From a virus, in IMG/VR virus record IMGVR_UViG_3300031251_000002, positions 102,451 to 166,450 of that record: a stretch of 64,000 nucleotides of DNA; one strand, given 5' to 3'. Position numbers and translations under genes: made by a program. A model generated the notes under the pieces. The model saw only the letters and a list, made by a program, of their open reading frames with translations, made no database searches and was not told the DNA's origin. Shown here in pieces: positions 51,724 to 61,982 of this stretch (position 1 is the stretch's first letter; each line of letters opens with the position of its first letter).

Positions 51724-51752
51724 TTGACAACGGCCCCTTATTGCACTACACT
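51724..51752 (+). promoter_or_regulatory. Strong sigma70-type (early) promoter, followed by a boxA-like element
   Basis: TTGACA-N17-TACACT; GGTTCCTTGAAA at 51773-51784. Confidence 0.85.
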
Positions 51753-51759
51753 ACACCTG

Positions 51760-52050
51760 CGATTGAGTTAGTGGTTCCTTGAAATTGTTCCCCCGGTCAA
51801 GCGGCTCGAAAGGTCGGACGGACAGGGGAGCTAGGACGCTGGGGGCGCTGAAAGATGCGCCGGGGCTGGCTCCGGTTGGCCCAAGAAAAAGCGGATGTAA
51901 CACCGGTCTCTCGGTCCCCGATAGCAAGGGGGGCTTGAGACGGCCCAAGAAAGGGCGGTGGCACGACCCCGACTGAAATTCCCGGCTTGGAAAATAGTCA
52001 AATCTTAGAGGGCGTGAAAACTTCGCGCCTTCTTTAGAGTTGATTAATGA
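51760..52050 (+). ncRNA. Long structured 5' leader / candidate ncRNA
   Basis: GC-rich nested helices (GGCGC/GCGCC, CACCG/CGGTG, GTCTC/GAGAC); no SD-led ORF until 52067. Confidence 0.55.
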
Positions 52051-52066
52051 AAGGAAAGGAAAAAAT

Positions 52067-52288
52067 ATGAGACAGCGTGGCTTCCGGGTTCAGTATCGAA
52101 AGGGTGCGATCAAGCAGTCGCGGATTTTTGTCGGACTGGATAACGAGACGATTGATGCGGCGATGCGGTTTTCCAAGGACATGGCGCGGGAAGGCTTCTT
52201 GGTCTCCGACCCGCTTCCGATGTACCGGTCAGCGCTGCTGCCGTCTCTGTCCGCACGGATCCCGTTGATGAAAAAGGAGAGCAAGTAA
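52067..52288 (+). CDS. Hypothetical protein
   Basis: SD AAAGGA before ATG 52067. Confidence 0.6.
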   Translation: MRQRGFRVQYRKGAIKQSRIFVGLDNETIDAAMRFSKDMAREGFLVSDPLPMYRSALLPSLSARIPLMKKESK

Positions 52289-52585
52289 ATGAAACTGATG
52301 ACGAAAGAAATCATGAAGAAGCTGCCCAAGCTTTACAGCCAAGAGAAGGTTGCGGATCCGATGGCGATGGTGAAGTTTTTCGACCCGTGTGGAAGCTGGA
52401 CTTGGTACGCGACTGAGGGTGAGCCGGTGGGCGATGACTTTCGCTTCTTCGGGTTGGTCAAGGGCCATGAGGCTGAGCTTGGTTACTTCATGCTGAGCGA
52501 GCTTCAGAGTGTGCGCGGTCCGTTGGGTCTGGGAATCGAACGGGATCTGTATTTCAAACCGAAACCGCTGAGTGAGGTCAAGTAA
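52289..52585 (+). CDS. DUF2958-family protein
   Basis: KFFDPCGSWTWYATE...FFGLVKGHEAELGYFMLSEL...IERDLYFKP. Confidence 0.85.
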   Translation: MKLMTKEIMKKLPKLYSQEKVADPMAMVKFFDPCGSWTWYATEGEPVGDDFRFFGLVKGHEAELGYFMLSELQSVRGPLGLGIERDLYFKPKPLSEVK

Positions 52586-53043
52586 TGTCGGCTTACATCG
52601 TTCCCAAAGTTCAGATCGACGCTCTGGTGATGGGGGCTGAGTTCTTCCGTCAGCAAGCGTACGGTCCGTTCAAGTATCGGTTTCAGGGGGAGCGGAAAAC
52701 GCTCGGAGTGGATGTCTCGGTACAGGAGTTCGGTCAGATCCTGTGGAATGAGAACTACAAGAGCGTGAACGCGCTCTACGACGAAAAGGACGAGGCTCCG
52801 ATTTACCAGTTCTCGCGGCTTCCCGGTTCGCCTTCGCTGGCCAAGATTGCGGCGGCGGTTCGGAACTATGAGTACCAGTCCTGCGAGCATCCGGACTGGC
52901 AGAAGAGCGAGGCGTACGCGATCTGCGAGAGCATGCGCGAGTCGATTGTGCGGCAGGTTTCTTCGGGTGACTGGGGCGTGGATGGTCCTGATTACTTCCT
53001 GACTGAAGAGCAGCGGAAAGTTTTCGCTGGAAAGGTGGCGTAA
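52585..53043 (+). CDS. Conserved hypothetical phage protein
   Basis: MSAYIV...GQILWNENYKSVNALY...YEYQSCEHPDWQKSEA. Confidence 0.7.
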   Translation: MSAYIVPKVQIDALVMGAEFFRQQAYGPFKYRFQGERKTLGVDVSVQEFGQILWNENYKSVNALYDEKDEAPIYQFSRLPGSPSLAKIAAAVRNYEYQSCEHPDWQKSEAYAICESMRESIVRQVSSGDWGVDGPDYFLTEEQRKVFAGKVA

Positions 53044-54063
53044 GTGGCACGAAAGGCAAAGCTGGTCATCCCGACTGAGGGGGCGATGATGCTTGATGAA
53101 ATCGAAAAGCGGTTGCTCCTCCCAGTCGGCTCTCTGGAGCTTCCGAAAAGCTTCACGCTCCCCCGGTACGATTCGGACGGCGTGATTCACACTGAAGAGG
53201 ATCCGAACTACCGGTCCAACCCGGAGTACGTTCCGGAAATTGATCCCACCTACGTGATGCAAGTCGAGCAAGCCACTTTGGCGCTGATCGCGTGTGAGTC
53301 TGGCGTTCCGACTCAGGCGTACGGGGTCTCGGGATCGGGCAAGACGACGTTCTGGGAGCAGTTCGCTGGGCGGCTGGGCCGCGAGCTTCGCGTCATCCAG
53401 TGCCTCAAGGGCATGACGGAAAAGACGCTGCTCGGCAAGCAGGATTTCGTGTCGGATGAAAAGGGAACGCGGACGCCGTTCGCGCTTGGCCCGCTTCCGT
53501 CCTACATTTCCTACCCCGGCGCTATCGTCCTGCTGGACGAGCAAGACGTTCTGGACGATGCGGTTGGTTTCGTCCTTCAGCCGCTGCTCAAGCGCGGCGG
53601 TGTTCTCCGCATCTCGGAGCTTGGTGACAACGGCAACATCTACCCGGCTGAGAATGTCTGGGTGGTCTCCACGACGAACACGGTCAACGGCGTGGACGAA
53701 ACTGGGACGTACACTCGTACGCTTCAAGACGCTTCGCAGGTTGACCGGTTTCTCTGTAAGATCCCGTTCCCGCCGCCCGACGAGCGGAAGATTCTCAAGG
53801 GCAAGTGGGGCGAGTTTCTTGCGGATGAAACGATTGATGCACTGGTTCGGTTCGCCCATGGGTTCAGGCAGTCGCCTGAGCTTCAGTCGAACCTGTTTTC
53901 CACGCGGCGTCTGGTCTTCATCGGGGAGATTGCTGCCAAGTACGGAAGCACGGAACTGGCGCTCCGTACCGCTCTGTTCAACGAGTTGCCCGCTGGTCCT
54001 CTTCGGGAGACGGCGCGCAACCTCGCCATTCATGAGAATCTCGCTCGGCCTGAGGTCGGGTAA
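53044..54063 (+). CDS. MoxR/CobS-like AAA+ ATPase
   Basis: GVSGSGKT, LLDEQD, STTNT, DASQVDRF and STRRL motifs. Confidence 0.9.
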   Translation: MARKAKLVIPTEGAMMLDEIEKRLLLPVGSLELPKSFTLPRYDSDGVIHTEEDPNYRSNPEYVPEIDPTYVMQVEQATLALIACESGVPTQAYGVSGSGKTTFWEQFAGRLGRELRVIQCLKGMTEKTLLGKQDFVSDEKGTRTPFALGPLPSYISYPGAIVLLDEQDVLDDAVGFVLQPLLKRGGVLRISELGDNGNIYPAENVWVVSTTNTVNGVDETGTYTRTLQDASQVDRFLCKIPFPPPDERKILKGKWGEFLADETIDALVRFAHGFRQSPELQSNLFSTRRLVFIGEIAAKYGSTELALRTALFNELPAGPLRETARNLAIHENLARPEVG

Positions 54064-54072
54064 GGAGTAACA

Positions 54073-56022
54073 ATGGATCTTCTGGAAAGCTTCGCAAAGA
54101 CCCTGACCGGGGATCCTTCGGTGTCGGTGGTGATGAAGGGTAAGGGCTGCTTTGTTGACCTTCAAACCAAGCAGATCAACATCCCGGCCATCTCCGTTCC
54201 GAACGGGACGAAAATTCCGCCGTACATCATCGGTTACTTGGATCATGAGGTCGGTCACCTGAAGTTCTCTACGGTTGCTGCGGAACGGCTGGTTCGGGAT
54301 GCCTTCAAGTCCGCTACGCCGTACGAACGAGCGGTGGCTGATTACGTTCACAATGTTCTCGATGACTGCCGTCAGGAGCCGCTGTTCATTCAGCGGTATC
54401 CGGGTGGTCGGTACTACCTTGGGATCGCGGCAGTGTTCGACATTGAGAACACGATTACCCGCGAAAGTGCGGAGGGAGTCGCCAGCAACAAGGCGCTGAC
54501 GGACCCGCGAGTTCTGGCGAGCATCGGTTACCTGCAAGGCTTCGCTCGGGCGTACTACGAGACCGGGCATCCGATGCCTGAGTCGGTTACCAGAGAGGCG
54601 CTGTCGTTGGCCGGGAAGTGGTTTCCTGAGTACAAGAAGTTGCCCCTCATGTCTCCGATGAAGGTCGCGGAACTGACCATTGAGTTTGTCAAAGCCAACC
54701 CGTACACGCCGCCCCCGCAACCGGCGGGTCAGCCCAAAAGGCAAGAGGGTGGCGAGGGTAGCGGTGAGGAGTCCGGTCCCGGTGGCCCTCCGGTTCCCGG
54801 CGAGGGCAAGGCTCAAGGTAAGGCCGAGGGCAAGGGCGCGGGTGACGAGGCCGAGGGATCGGGCGGAGGCGGGGTCGGCGGTTCGATGGCTGATCTCTCT
54901 GACGAGAGCGGGATTGAGTTCCTGAGCGGTCTCGGTCACGCGGGTAAGAAAGCTGAGTTTGATAAGCAGGTTGCTGAGATTCAGAAGCCTAACGTGCTGA
55001 CCGCTGACCGTGGGAGCAAAGCGGTTTACCCGCCCAGAACAACGGAATGGGACAAGGTTTTCAACTTCACTGCTGCCGTGTCGAAGGTGCTGGCCAGCGC
55101 TCCTGATGTTCTCAAGCAGGTGGTTGCCAGTACCGTCAAGTTCGATCAAACGACGAGCAACGTTCTCGGTCCTGTCCAGCGCAAGTTTCTCGGGGCGCAC
55201 AAGTCCCGTAAGACCGTGCGTGACTTCGATGGGTACGAGTTCTCGGATGACGCTTTCGTGTCGGTTGCTTCAAAAAATTTCCGTGGTCTGTATCACGACC
55301 GCGACAACAAGAAAACCATCAAGGGTACGGCGGTCACGCTTCTGCTCGACGTTTCCGGGTCCATGACTTCTGCTGGATCCGCTACGCTGTTCGGAGAATC
55401 CTCCAACGCAGCTACGGCTTCCATCTGGTCGGTCTGGGCCATGGCTTCGATTCTTCGCTGCCCGTTTGAGATTCTCGCCTACAGCACCGGGGACACCCCG
55501 GAAGATGTTCGGCTTGTGGCGGGGAAGGAGAGCGTGGGCTGGGTGCCGTTCAGGCGTACGGAGTCGGTGATTACTCACGTTATCAAGACCTTCGATGAGA
55601 AGTGGGGTCAGCAGCACAAGAACGCGCTGGTTGCCCTTCTCGGCGGCGGCGGGAGCGATCACAGCCCCAAGCTTTCGGTTCCCTCGACTCGAAACCTCTT
55701 GGTTGGTACGGCGCGTCAAATCTGGCGTGGCAACTGCGACGGTGATAACTTCTTGGTTGCAAGGGAGCGCATGATGCGCCGTCCCGAGGAGCGCAAGGTA
55801 ATCATCGTGGTCAGCGACGGTCAGCCGGTCGGCGCGTGTGTTCCGGACGAACACCCCAAGAGCTTCCTTCGGTATGAGATTGACCGCGCTATCAAGGCGG
55901 GCATCAAGGTTGTCGGTATCGGACTTGGCCGCGAGGGCGGGTACGTCAAACGGTTCTACCCTGTGTATCGGCATCTTATGAACCCTGCCGGGTTGGGTAA
56001 GGCGCTGATGGAAACGCTGTAA
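54073..56022 (+). CDS. CobT-like VWA-domain protein with an N-terminal HExxH
   Basis: DHEVGH; Gly/Glu-rich linker; MIDAS motif LLLDVSGSM; VSDGQP. Confidence 0.88.
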   Translation: MDLLESFAKTLTGDPSVSVVMKGKGCFVDLQTKQINIPAISVPNGTKIPPYIIGYLDHEVGHLKFSTVAAERLVRDAFKSATPYERAVADYVHNVLDDCRQEPLFIQRYPGGRYYLGIAAVFDIENTITRESAEGVASNKALTDPRVLASIGYLQGFARAYYETGHPMPESVTREALSLAGKWFPEYKKLPLMSPMKVAELTIEFVKANPYTPPPQPAGQPKRQEGGEGSGEESGPGGPPVPGEGKAQGKAEGKGAGDEAEGSGGGGVGGSMADLSDESGIEFLSGLGHAGKKAEFDKQVAEIQKPNVLTADRGSKAVYPPRTTEWDKVFNFTAAVSKVLASAPDVLKQVVASTVKFDQTTSNVLGPVQRKFLGAHKSRKTVRDFDGYEFSDDAFVSVASKNFRGLYHDRDNKKTIKGTAVTLLLDVSGSMTSAGSATLFGESSNAATASIWSVWAMASILRCPFEILAYSTGDTPEDVRLVAGKESVGWVPFRRTESVITHVIKTFDEKWGQQHKNALVALLGGGGSDHSPKLSVPSTRNLLVGTARQIWRGNCDGDNFLVARERMMRRPEERKVIIVVSDGQPVGACVPDEHPKSFLRYEIDRAIKAGIKVVGIGLGREGGYVKRFYPVYRHLMNPAGLGKALMETL

Positions 56023-56031
56023 AGGAGTAAC

Positions 56032-56673
56032 ATGGAAAGCGTGAAGAAGTTCGTTGTCCGGAAAAGCGAGTTGGTTTCCAAGGCTGTTCTGAAGGGCAAG
56101 GCGACCGCGCCGACGACCCGTAAGAAGCCTTCAACGCTCAAGACGTTCGTCAACCTGTCGGGCACCAAGGCGCTCCTGATTGATGCGCTGCGGACGGCTG
56201 CGGCGGCGTTCGATCTGACGGCGGCATACGAGGCCATGCCCATCAAGTACAAGGGGCTGATCAAGGAAATCGTGGCGATAGGTCAGCCGCTCGGCGGGAT
56301 CCCGGTTCCTACCCCGGCACTCGATGAGGCGGGGAAGGAGATCGAAGGCAAGCAGGAAGTCACTCTGGGCTTCGATCCGGAAAAGCTGACGGATACGAAT
56401 CTGGAAACGTGGGGCCGGGTGTTCATCGGGGCCGACATTCGGGGTAACGCGGCTACGCTGTACATCGAAGCGTACGACCCCCGGTTTGAGCGGTTCGCGG
56501 AGTTCTCTTCGGTGGACAAGAGCCGCTACCCGGACATCCGGTTCTACGACGGTCCCACTGCGGCGGATAAGAAGCACGTTTTCGTGCAGTTCAACCTGAC
56601 GGAAATCACGAATGGCGCGGCGAAGCACAAGATCCAGCAGCTTGTGACGCTGGCTGCGGAGGCGGTGCGATGA
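56032..56673 (+). CDS. Hypothetical protein
   Basis: SD AAGGAG, 213 aa. Confidence 0.65.
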   Translation: MESVKKFVVRKSELVSKAVLKGKATAPTTRKKPSTLKTFVNLSGTKALLIDALRTAAAAFDLTAAYEAMPIKYKGLIKEIVAIGQPLGGIPVPTPALDEAGKEIEGKQEVTLGFDPEKLTDTNLETWGRVFIGADIRGNAATLYIEAYDPRFERFAEFSSVDKSRYPDIRFYDGPTAADKKHVFVQFNLTEITNGAAKHKIQQLVTLAAEAVR

Positions 56674-57717
56674 GTCGCCTTCTCTACTACTCGGCGGCAC
56701 TGGTCGCCGTCTGGCTCATCACCAAACGCGCAGTGTGCGCCTTCGCCCTGAAGGATGATTTTCAGGAGGGCTACTGCTCTCGCTGCGAGACATTCTCTGT
56801 CGAGACCGTTTGCCCGAACTGCCGAAAGGAAAAATGACGAAATTCGCAGTCGGTCAGCGGTGGCGGTTGAAGCCGGAATGGGTGGCAGAGCGCGAGACGC
56901 AGGGACGTAAGGAAACGACCTTCGATTTCGTCATTCTCGGGCCTCCCGGAATGGAGTGGAACAATCCGAAGACCAACAAGACCTGTCGGCTGGAGGTTCC
57001 GGGGCACACTGAAAAGTGCGGCCCCATCTGTAGCCATGGGATCGTTCAGGATTACTCCCATGCCCATCTGAAGAAGTACGCCTATCTTGTGGAGGAGAAG
57101 TGAAGAAAAAGCCGGAACCGATTAAGCTTGAGATCACCCCCCGTGAGTTTTTCCAGCACCTTAACCGTAGCCATGAGACGGCGCAGGAGGTCTTCAAACT
57201 CCTTGGGCTGGAGATCCCGGAGAGTGCCAAGAAAGACATGGAGCGGCTCGCTGAGTCACTCAAGTCACTCAAGGAGAAGAAGTGAAAAAGAAGGAAGTCC
57301 CGAAGGGGATGACTTGCGAGTGCGGTGAGTACACCAAGTACGACATGTACGTGTACGCGCATTGGACGGTGGAGCTTGTCTTTACCTGCCCGAAGTGCAA
57401 GGCCAAGTATGGCCTTCTGGAAGGCGTGGCCGAACCGAAAGGGAGAAAATGAAAAAGTTCGTTCAAGCGGAATGCTCGTCCTGCAACGCAACTGGCCTCT
57501 ACTCTGGAATGTGCGAGGCAGAGGGCACGGCGGTTGTTTGCCTCGGCTGCAACGGGACGGGTTGCGAGACTGTCAGTTTCACCCCCTTCACCAAACGCCG
57601 GGGACGGCGAGACATCAAGACGGTCTACCGGTCTGGCGGACGGTTCATCATGACCGGCACCGGCCCGGTTGGTTCCAGCATCACGTACTCCGAATTCACG
57701 AAAGGAAAAATGCCTTC

Positions 57718-58893
57718 ATGAAGAAGCTGCTGACTCTGGCTCTCCTGTTCTCGGTTGTGTCTTGCGCTCAGGCACAAAGCAACGGCGGATTCCCGCCCCC
57801 GGTCACCACGACGCGGAGCGCGAGCTATTACCTGTACCTGCCGACTGCGGCGGGGGCGGCTGGCCCGGTCTCTCCGGAGGAAATGCTGGCCAACGAGCAG
57901 ATCGACTTCCCCAACATGGCGGCTTACGGATTCAATACCGTCTATCTGGTGGAGTTCCGGTCCAAGTTCGACCCGCTTCTCGATAACCAGTACAACCGCG
58001 AGGGCATCGCCAATCTCCGCATGGAGCTAGAGGCTGCTCGGCAGAACGGGCTTCGGGTTTTCCTTGGTCTGAACTTCGGGAGCGGCTACCAGATCGGCAT
58101 CGACTCCACGCCCGAAGCACTCCTTGCACGTAACGCCAAGTTCCAGTCTTGGCTCCAGTTCGTCCAGTACCTACTGATGAACATTGATGACTACCGGGAC
58201 ATGGTTTACCCCATCGTGTTTGAAGAGGGACAGGCGGACGCGACCTACAACCTGATTACGAATGCGGACGCTGCTGCACGGGCCTTTCAACAGACGCTTG
58301 GGAATCTCCCGGCTCTTCTTCCTGCTGCCCTGCGGGCGAAGTGGACGTTCGGCTGGTACGGGGCGACAACTGCCCTGTACTCGCACACGCCCGCTCAGGT
58401 CGGCTTTGACTGGGTTGGTGAGGGTGCGTACTTCTTCGATCCGACGATCACGCTTTCATGGCTCGCGGCAACCGATAAGGGGTTGACTGACGCTCAGATC
58501 AGCGCGAAGCTTGAGGACATGTTCGGCAAGGTCGGAGCGCTCTATCCCGGTATGCCCATCGTGTTCACTGAGGGTGGTTACTACACCTGCTCTTCTGAGA
58601 CCTTCAATCGTCAGGGCGAGGTCTATGCCCTGCTGGCGGAGTTCGCCATCTCTCGGGGCTACGGGTTGAATCTCTGGGGGTATCGTTCGCTCCTGACGCC
58701 TGAGCAGGAGTGCGCGGAGCGCGGTGGCAAGGGTGGACACTCGATGGGGAACGCTGATGGCTCCCCGCGACCCGCCATGCTGGCCGTCTCTGCGGCGATT
58801 ACCGGCCATCCGACAGAGCAGATGATGTTCATTGCGCCACTTCCCGGCGGTCGGCCTGAGCCGAGAAAGGTTGAGAGGCATGGCAGAGACTAA
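57718..58893 (+). CDS. Secreted glycoside hydrolase-like TIM-barrel protein
   Basis: The true start is ATG 57718 (signal peptide MKKLLTLALLFSVVSCAQA); MAAYGFNTVYL, ARQNGLRVFL, PIVFTEGG. Confidence 0.65.
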   Translation: MKKLLTLALLFSVVSCAQAQSNGGFPPPVTTTRSASYYLYLPTAAGAAGPVSPEEMLANEQIDFPNMAAYGFNTVYLVEFRSKFDPLLDNQYNREGIANLRMELEAARQNGLRVFLGLNFGSGYQIGIDSTPEALLARNAKFQSWLQFVQYLLMNIDDYRDMVYPIVFEEGQADATYNLITNADAAARAFQQTLGNLPALLPAALRAKWTFGWYGATTALYSHTPAQVGFDWVGEGAYFFDPTITLSWLAATDKGLTDAQISAKLEDMFGKVGALYPGMPIVFTEGGYYTCSSETFNRQGEVYALLAEFAISRGYGLNLWGYRSLLTPEQECAERGGKGGHSMGNADGSPRPAMLAVSAAITGHPTEQMMFIAPLPGGRPEPRKVERHGRD

Positions 58894-59170
58894 GGAACTT
58901 CAAGTCGGAGACATCGTTCTTGTTGCTTACGTCCTGACTCGCTTTGGACAGGACATTCCAAGCTCGGAGGATCGAAAAGAGGCGACGATCATCGAGTTTT
59001 CAGACGACCGTTCCATGGTCAAGATTTTGGTCAACGAAGATCGAGAATATCTGTCGCCTAAGACAGCATGGCTTCGGGCAGACGGAGTTCAATTCCTGAA
59101 GCGTCCGGTTCCGAAGCCACCCGTGCCCAAGAAGGTTGGTTGGTTTCGGCGGTTCTTGGAGGCGAAGTGA
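58880..59170 (+). CDS. Hypothetical SH3-like small protein
   Basis: MAETKELQVGDIVLV; SD GAGG. Confidence 0.5.
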   Translation: MAETKELQVGDIVLVAYVLTRFGQDIPSSEDRKEATIIEFSDDRSMVKILVNEDREYLSPKTAWLRADGVQFLKRPVPKPPVPKKVGWFRRFLEAK

Positions 59171-59226
59171 CCGGGCAGTGCGAGAAAGGAGCCACAGTGA
59201 GGACCATGTAATCACAAGCACCTTTG

Positions 59227-59255
59227 TTGATTAATAAATTGTGGGTTAATAAAAT
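59227..59255 (+). promoter_or_regulatory. Sigma70-type promoter in an AT-rich patch
   Basis: TTGATT-N17-TAAAAT. Confidence 0.6.
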
Positions 59256-59505
59256 GTGTATAACTATTACTCCTGCCGTGTCCTGTTCGGGAATCGTGAG
59301 AAGTCGGCACAGTGGCTCAGCGGTTAATTTTCTGGGCAGCGCAACCTAGCCTTGTCTTCTCGACAGTAGTAGACGGATGGAGACCTAAAAATTTTTGGTT
59401 GGTTTGGTTTTTAAGAACGCCTAGGCCAGACGCAGGTTTGTTACCGCCAGTGGGCATCCGGGTAACCCGTGTTAACGGTGCGTCAACTTTTTTGAAGGGA
59501 ATGCA

Positions 59506-60024
59506 ATGAACAGAACGCGATTGGTGCAGCGGCTCAATGCCCCAAGCAAGACCACGGGCGGGCTGGGAGATAACCCGTTCGCTTTCGGAGGGGGTCTCCG
59601 CAACGGTGGACTCTCGGAAACGGCCATGGACCTGTTGCGTCCCGTCTTCTCCTTCGATTACATGGGAGCCGCCGAGTACGAATTCGGCGCGGTCCAGCAG
59701 ACCCTTGCTGCGATCAAGGCATCTGCCATCGCTGGTAATCTTGTGACCTTTGAAGTCAAAGGTCTCAAGAAGCCGGTCTGGGGCCTTGCGCCGAAGGAGA
59801 TCGTTGCCGAGGCGTCTGAGTTGGTTCGTGAATTGGCCAAGAAGCAGTACGACCGGCAACTCAAGGAGTCCTCGCTCTTCTACGACGCCCTGAACCCGGA
59901 CAAGATTACTTGGCCCGTTCCTACTCTCGGCTGGCTGGAACTGAACAACCACTTCTTCTGGACCGTGGATCAGAAGATGTACGATGGCTTCGCTAACCTG
60001 ATGGGAGTTCAACATGAACAGTGA
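59506..60024 (+). CDS. Conserved hypothetical phage protein
   Basis: FDYMGAAEYEFGAV motif. Confidence 0.7.
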   Translation: MNRTRLVQRLNAPSKTTGGLGDNPFAFGGGLRNGGLSETAMDLLRPVFSFDYMGAAEYEFGAVQQTLAAIKASAIAGNLVTFEVKGLKKPVWGLAPKEIVAEASELVRELAKKQYDRQLKESSLFYDALNPDKITWPVPTLGWLELNNHFFWTVDQKMYDGFANLMGVQHEQ

Positions 60025-60487
60025 AAGGTGGACGCTGCACAAGTCTGACGCCGAATCCAAGGCTCTTCACAACGCCAAGTCCTGCTGCGATAAGTGGGGT
60101 GAAACGGATTGCATCAGTGTCGAGGTAGTCGAAGCCGCCGCCTACGACGCCCTCGCGGCCAAGCTCGCGGAGGTAGAGCAAGAGAACGACGACCTGCGCG
60201 GAGCTTTCGCGGATCAGCACAACGAGGATGCAGAACATACTCGCGCCTACATCGCCGCCCTCGACAAGGCCACACGCGAGCGGGACGATGCGCTGAACTC
60301 CCGAGACGCCTGTATCGTGGAATACGGGCGGCATCAGGCCAAGGCGGACGCCGCCATCGACAAGGCCACCCGCGAGCGGGATGAGCTTCATGCCGCTCTC
60401 GTGAAGGCACACGGCGACCTTCAGGTGCGTGGAACGACCGGCTACCACAACTGGGATCACACATTCGCTACTGGAGGAAAGAAGTGA
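60014..60487 (+). CDS. Coiled-coil protein with an internal repeat
   Basis: A(L/I)DKATRERD occurs twice. Confidence 0.6.
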   Translation: MNSERWTLHKSDAESKALHNAKSCCDKWGETDCISVEVVEAAAYDALAAKLAEVEQENDDLRGAFADQHNEDAEHTRAYIAALDKATRERDDALNSRDACIVEYGRHQAKADAAIDKATRERDELHAALVKAHGDLQVRGTTGYHNWDHTFATGGKK

Positions 60488-60978
60488 ATTCATCCGAGTC
60501 TTACGCCCAGAAGACGGCTGATCGGGCGGCAGAGCTTGCCCCCGAAGCAGTCGCAGCAATGGCACTCCGAAGTCGGCTGACCGAGGAGCGATTCATGTAT
60601 GGGTCTGTCCATTCTCGTAACCTTCGCGCCCCTGTACACTGTGCGGGATGCCATACCATCTACGAAGGCAGTCAACCGGCTTGCCCCGCCTGTGCTGACA
60701 CCGTAGCCATCGGTCCAGTAACCGAGCTTTCGATGCTTCAGGCCAAGATCAGGGAGGGGAGATGACCGAAGAGAGGTCTACGATGCCTTGCGAGCATCAT
60801 CGCGCTTGGTGTACCCACCCGGACCACAAAACATCGCAGGTTTCGGAGGGGAAAGAGCATCGCTATTCCGTCGCTCCCGGACTCTGGAGCCGCTGGCACC
60901 CCGCCACTGACATCTGCGAAATGCCGGATGCTCCCGGCGCAACCATCAAACACGAATGGCGAAGTCCAGAGGATTCCA

Positions 60979-61293
60979 GTGCGCGTTGAAGATGTAAAGG
61001 AACGCCTGATCAAGACGGCGCTCCGTTCCACCTGCAAGTATCGTGTGGCAGCTATCGGGCTGAACGCCCGAGGTACGCCTATCTCGTCCGCCTACAATAC
61101 CTCCCGCATCCAGCGGAAGGGTGGCGGTTTTCACGCCGAAGCTCTCGTCATGAGGAAGTCCCCGCCCTCGCTGAAGACTATCCTGATCTGTCGGTTGGGC
61201 ATGGCCGGGGAGATTCGACCTATTCATCCTTGCCCCGCTTGCAAGCGTCTGGCTGACAAGCTGGGTATCAAGATACGAACCGTGGAGAGGTAA
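60979..61293 (+). CDS. Cytidine/dCMP deaminase-fold zinc protein
   Basis: FHAEAL...PCPAC; probable GTG start at 60979 after GAGGA. Confidence 0.8.
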   Translation: MRVEDVKERLIKTALRSTCKYRVAAIGLNARGTPISSAYNTSRIQRKGGGFHAEALVMRKSPPSLKTILICRLGMAGEIRPIHPCPACKRLADKLGIKIRTVER

Positions 61294-61944
61294 TGAAACG
61301 ACCAGCAAGGCTCTACAAGGGCCTAAAGACAACGGCTGACCTATCGACCAAGCGAACCATTATCCCGGTCGCTCTGCCGATTCTGGAGTGGATAGAGGCC
61401 AACCATGATCGCCTTGGCGTTTGCAAGGCGAGGCTGTTTAATGATCTAGTCGCCAGTGCGATCAAGAGTAACGACATTCGATTTAAGGGGCTGGAATGAG
61501 CAAGGTTAGCAAGCTGGGTGGGGACGCAGAGAACCAGATCCATGGGGATGAATGCATTGACGATTGCGACGGCTGTCCCTGCTGGTGTCATCCCGGCAAG
61601 AAGAAGCTGAAGTTGAATCCAACGGCCTATCTGGAGCTTCTGACCGAGGCCGAGAAGTACGCTCAGGCAATCGACCATGAGTACCAGACCCCGGAAATGA
61701 GCCGCTTCCTGTCCGCAGTCAAGAACGCAAGGGGGCTTCTCGATGGATAACGTTACCAAGTTCAAACTGCCCCCGAGACCGAGGCCGTATCTGGGTAACC
61801 CGATTCTTCAGACCCCGTGCGACCTGTGCGGCGCGGATCGGTATGCCGAGCCGGTCTGGGACACCGAGTTGGGATGCGTCGTGGCGATGACTCTTCTCGA
61901 TCATCCCTGCATCAAAAAAGTTGATTCGTTGAAAAAATAGGGTC

Positions 61945-61978
61945 TTGACATCGAGAACGCCCTGAAAGAAGATACTTA
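61945..61978 (+). promoter_or_regulatory. Promoter of the tRNA locus
   Basis: TTGACA-N17-GAAGAT, overlapping GCC-N9-GATACTTA (also seen at 16030 and 22114); either reading puts the start at or within about 3 nt of ATG 61983. Confidence 0.7.
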
Positions 61979-61982
61979 CATC

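Noticed and set aside
52504-55200. 898-aa minus-strand ORF
   Set aside because: It is antisense to well-supported + strand genes (DUF2958, AAA, VWA) and has no recognisable motifs. It is most likely a shadow frame from codon bias.
57325-57717. N-terminal 131 aa of the 522-aa ORF
   Set aside because: It overlaps small Cys-rich genes in other frames, and the signal peptide begins at ATG 57718.
60254-60384. ~35-bp imperfect direct repeat as a CRISPR or DGR signal
   Set aside because: There are only two copies, in frame, encoding a coiled-coil repeat. No reverse transcriptase or cas genes were seen.
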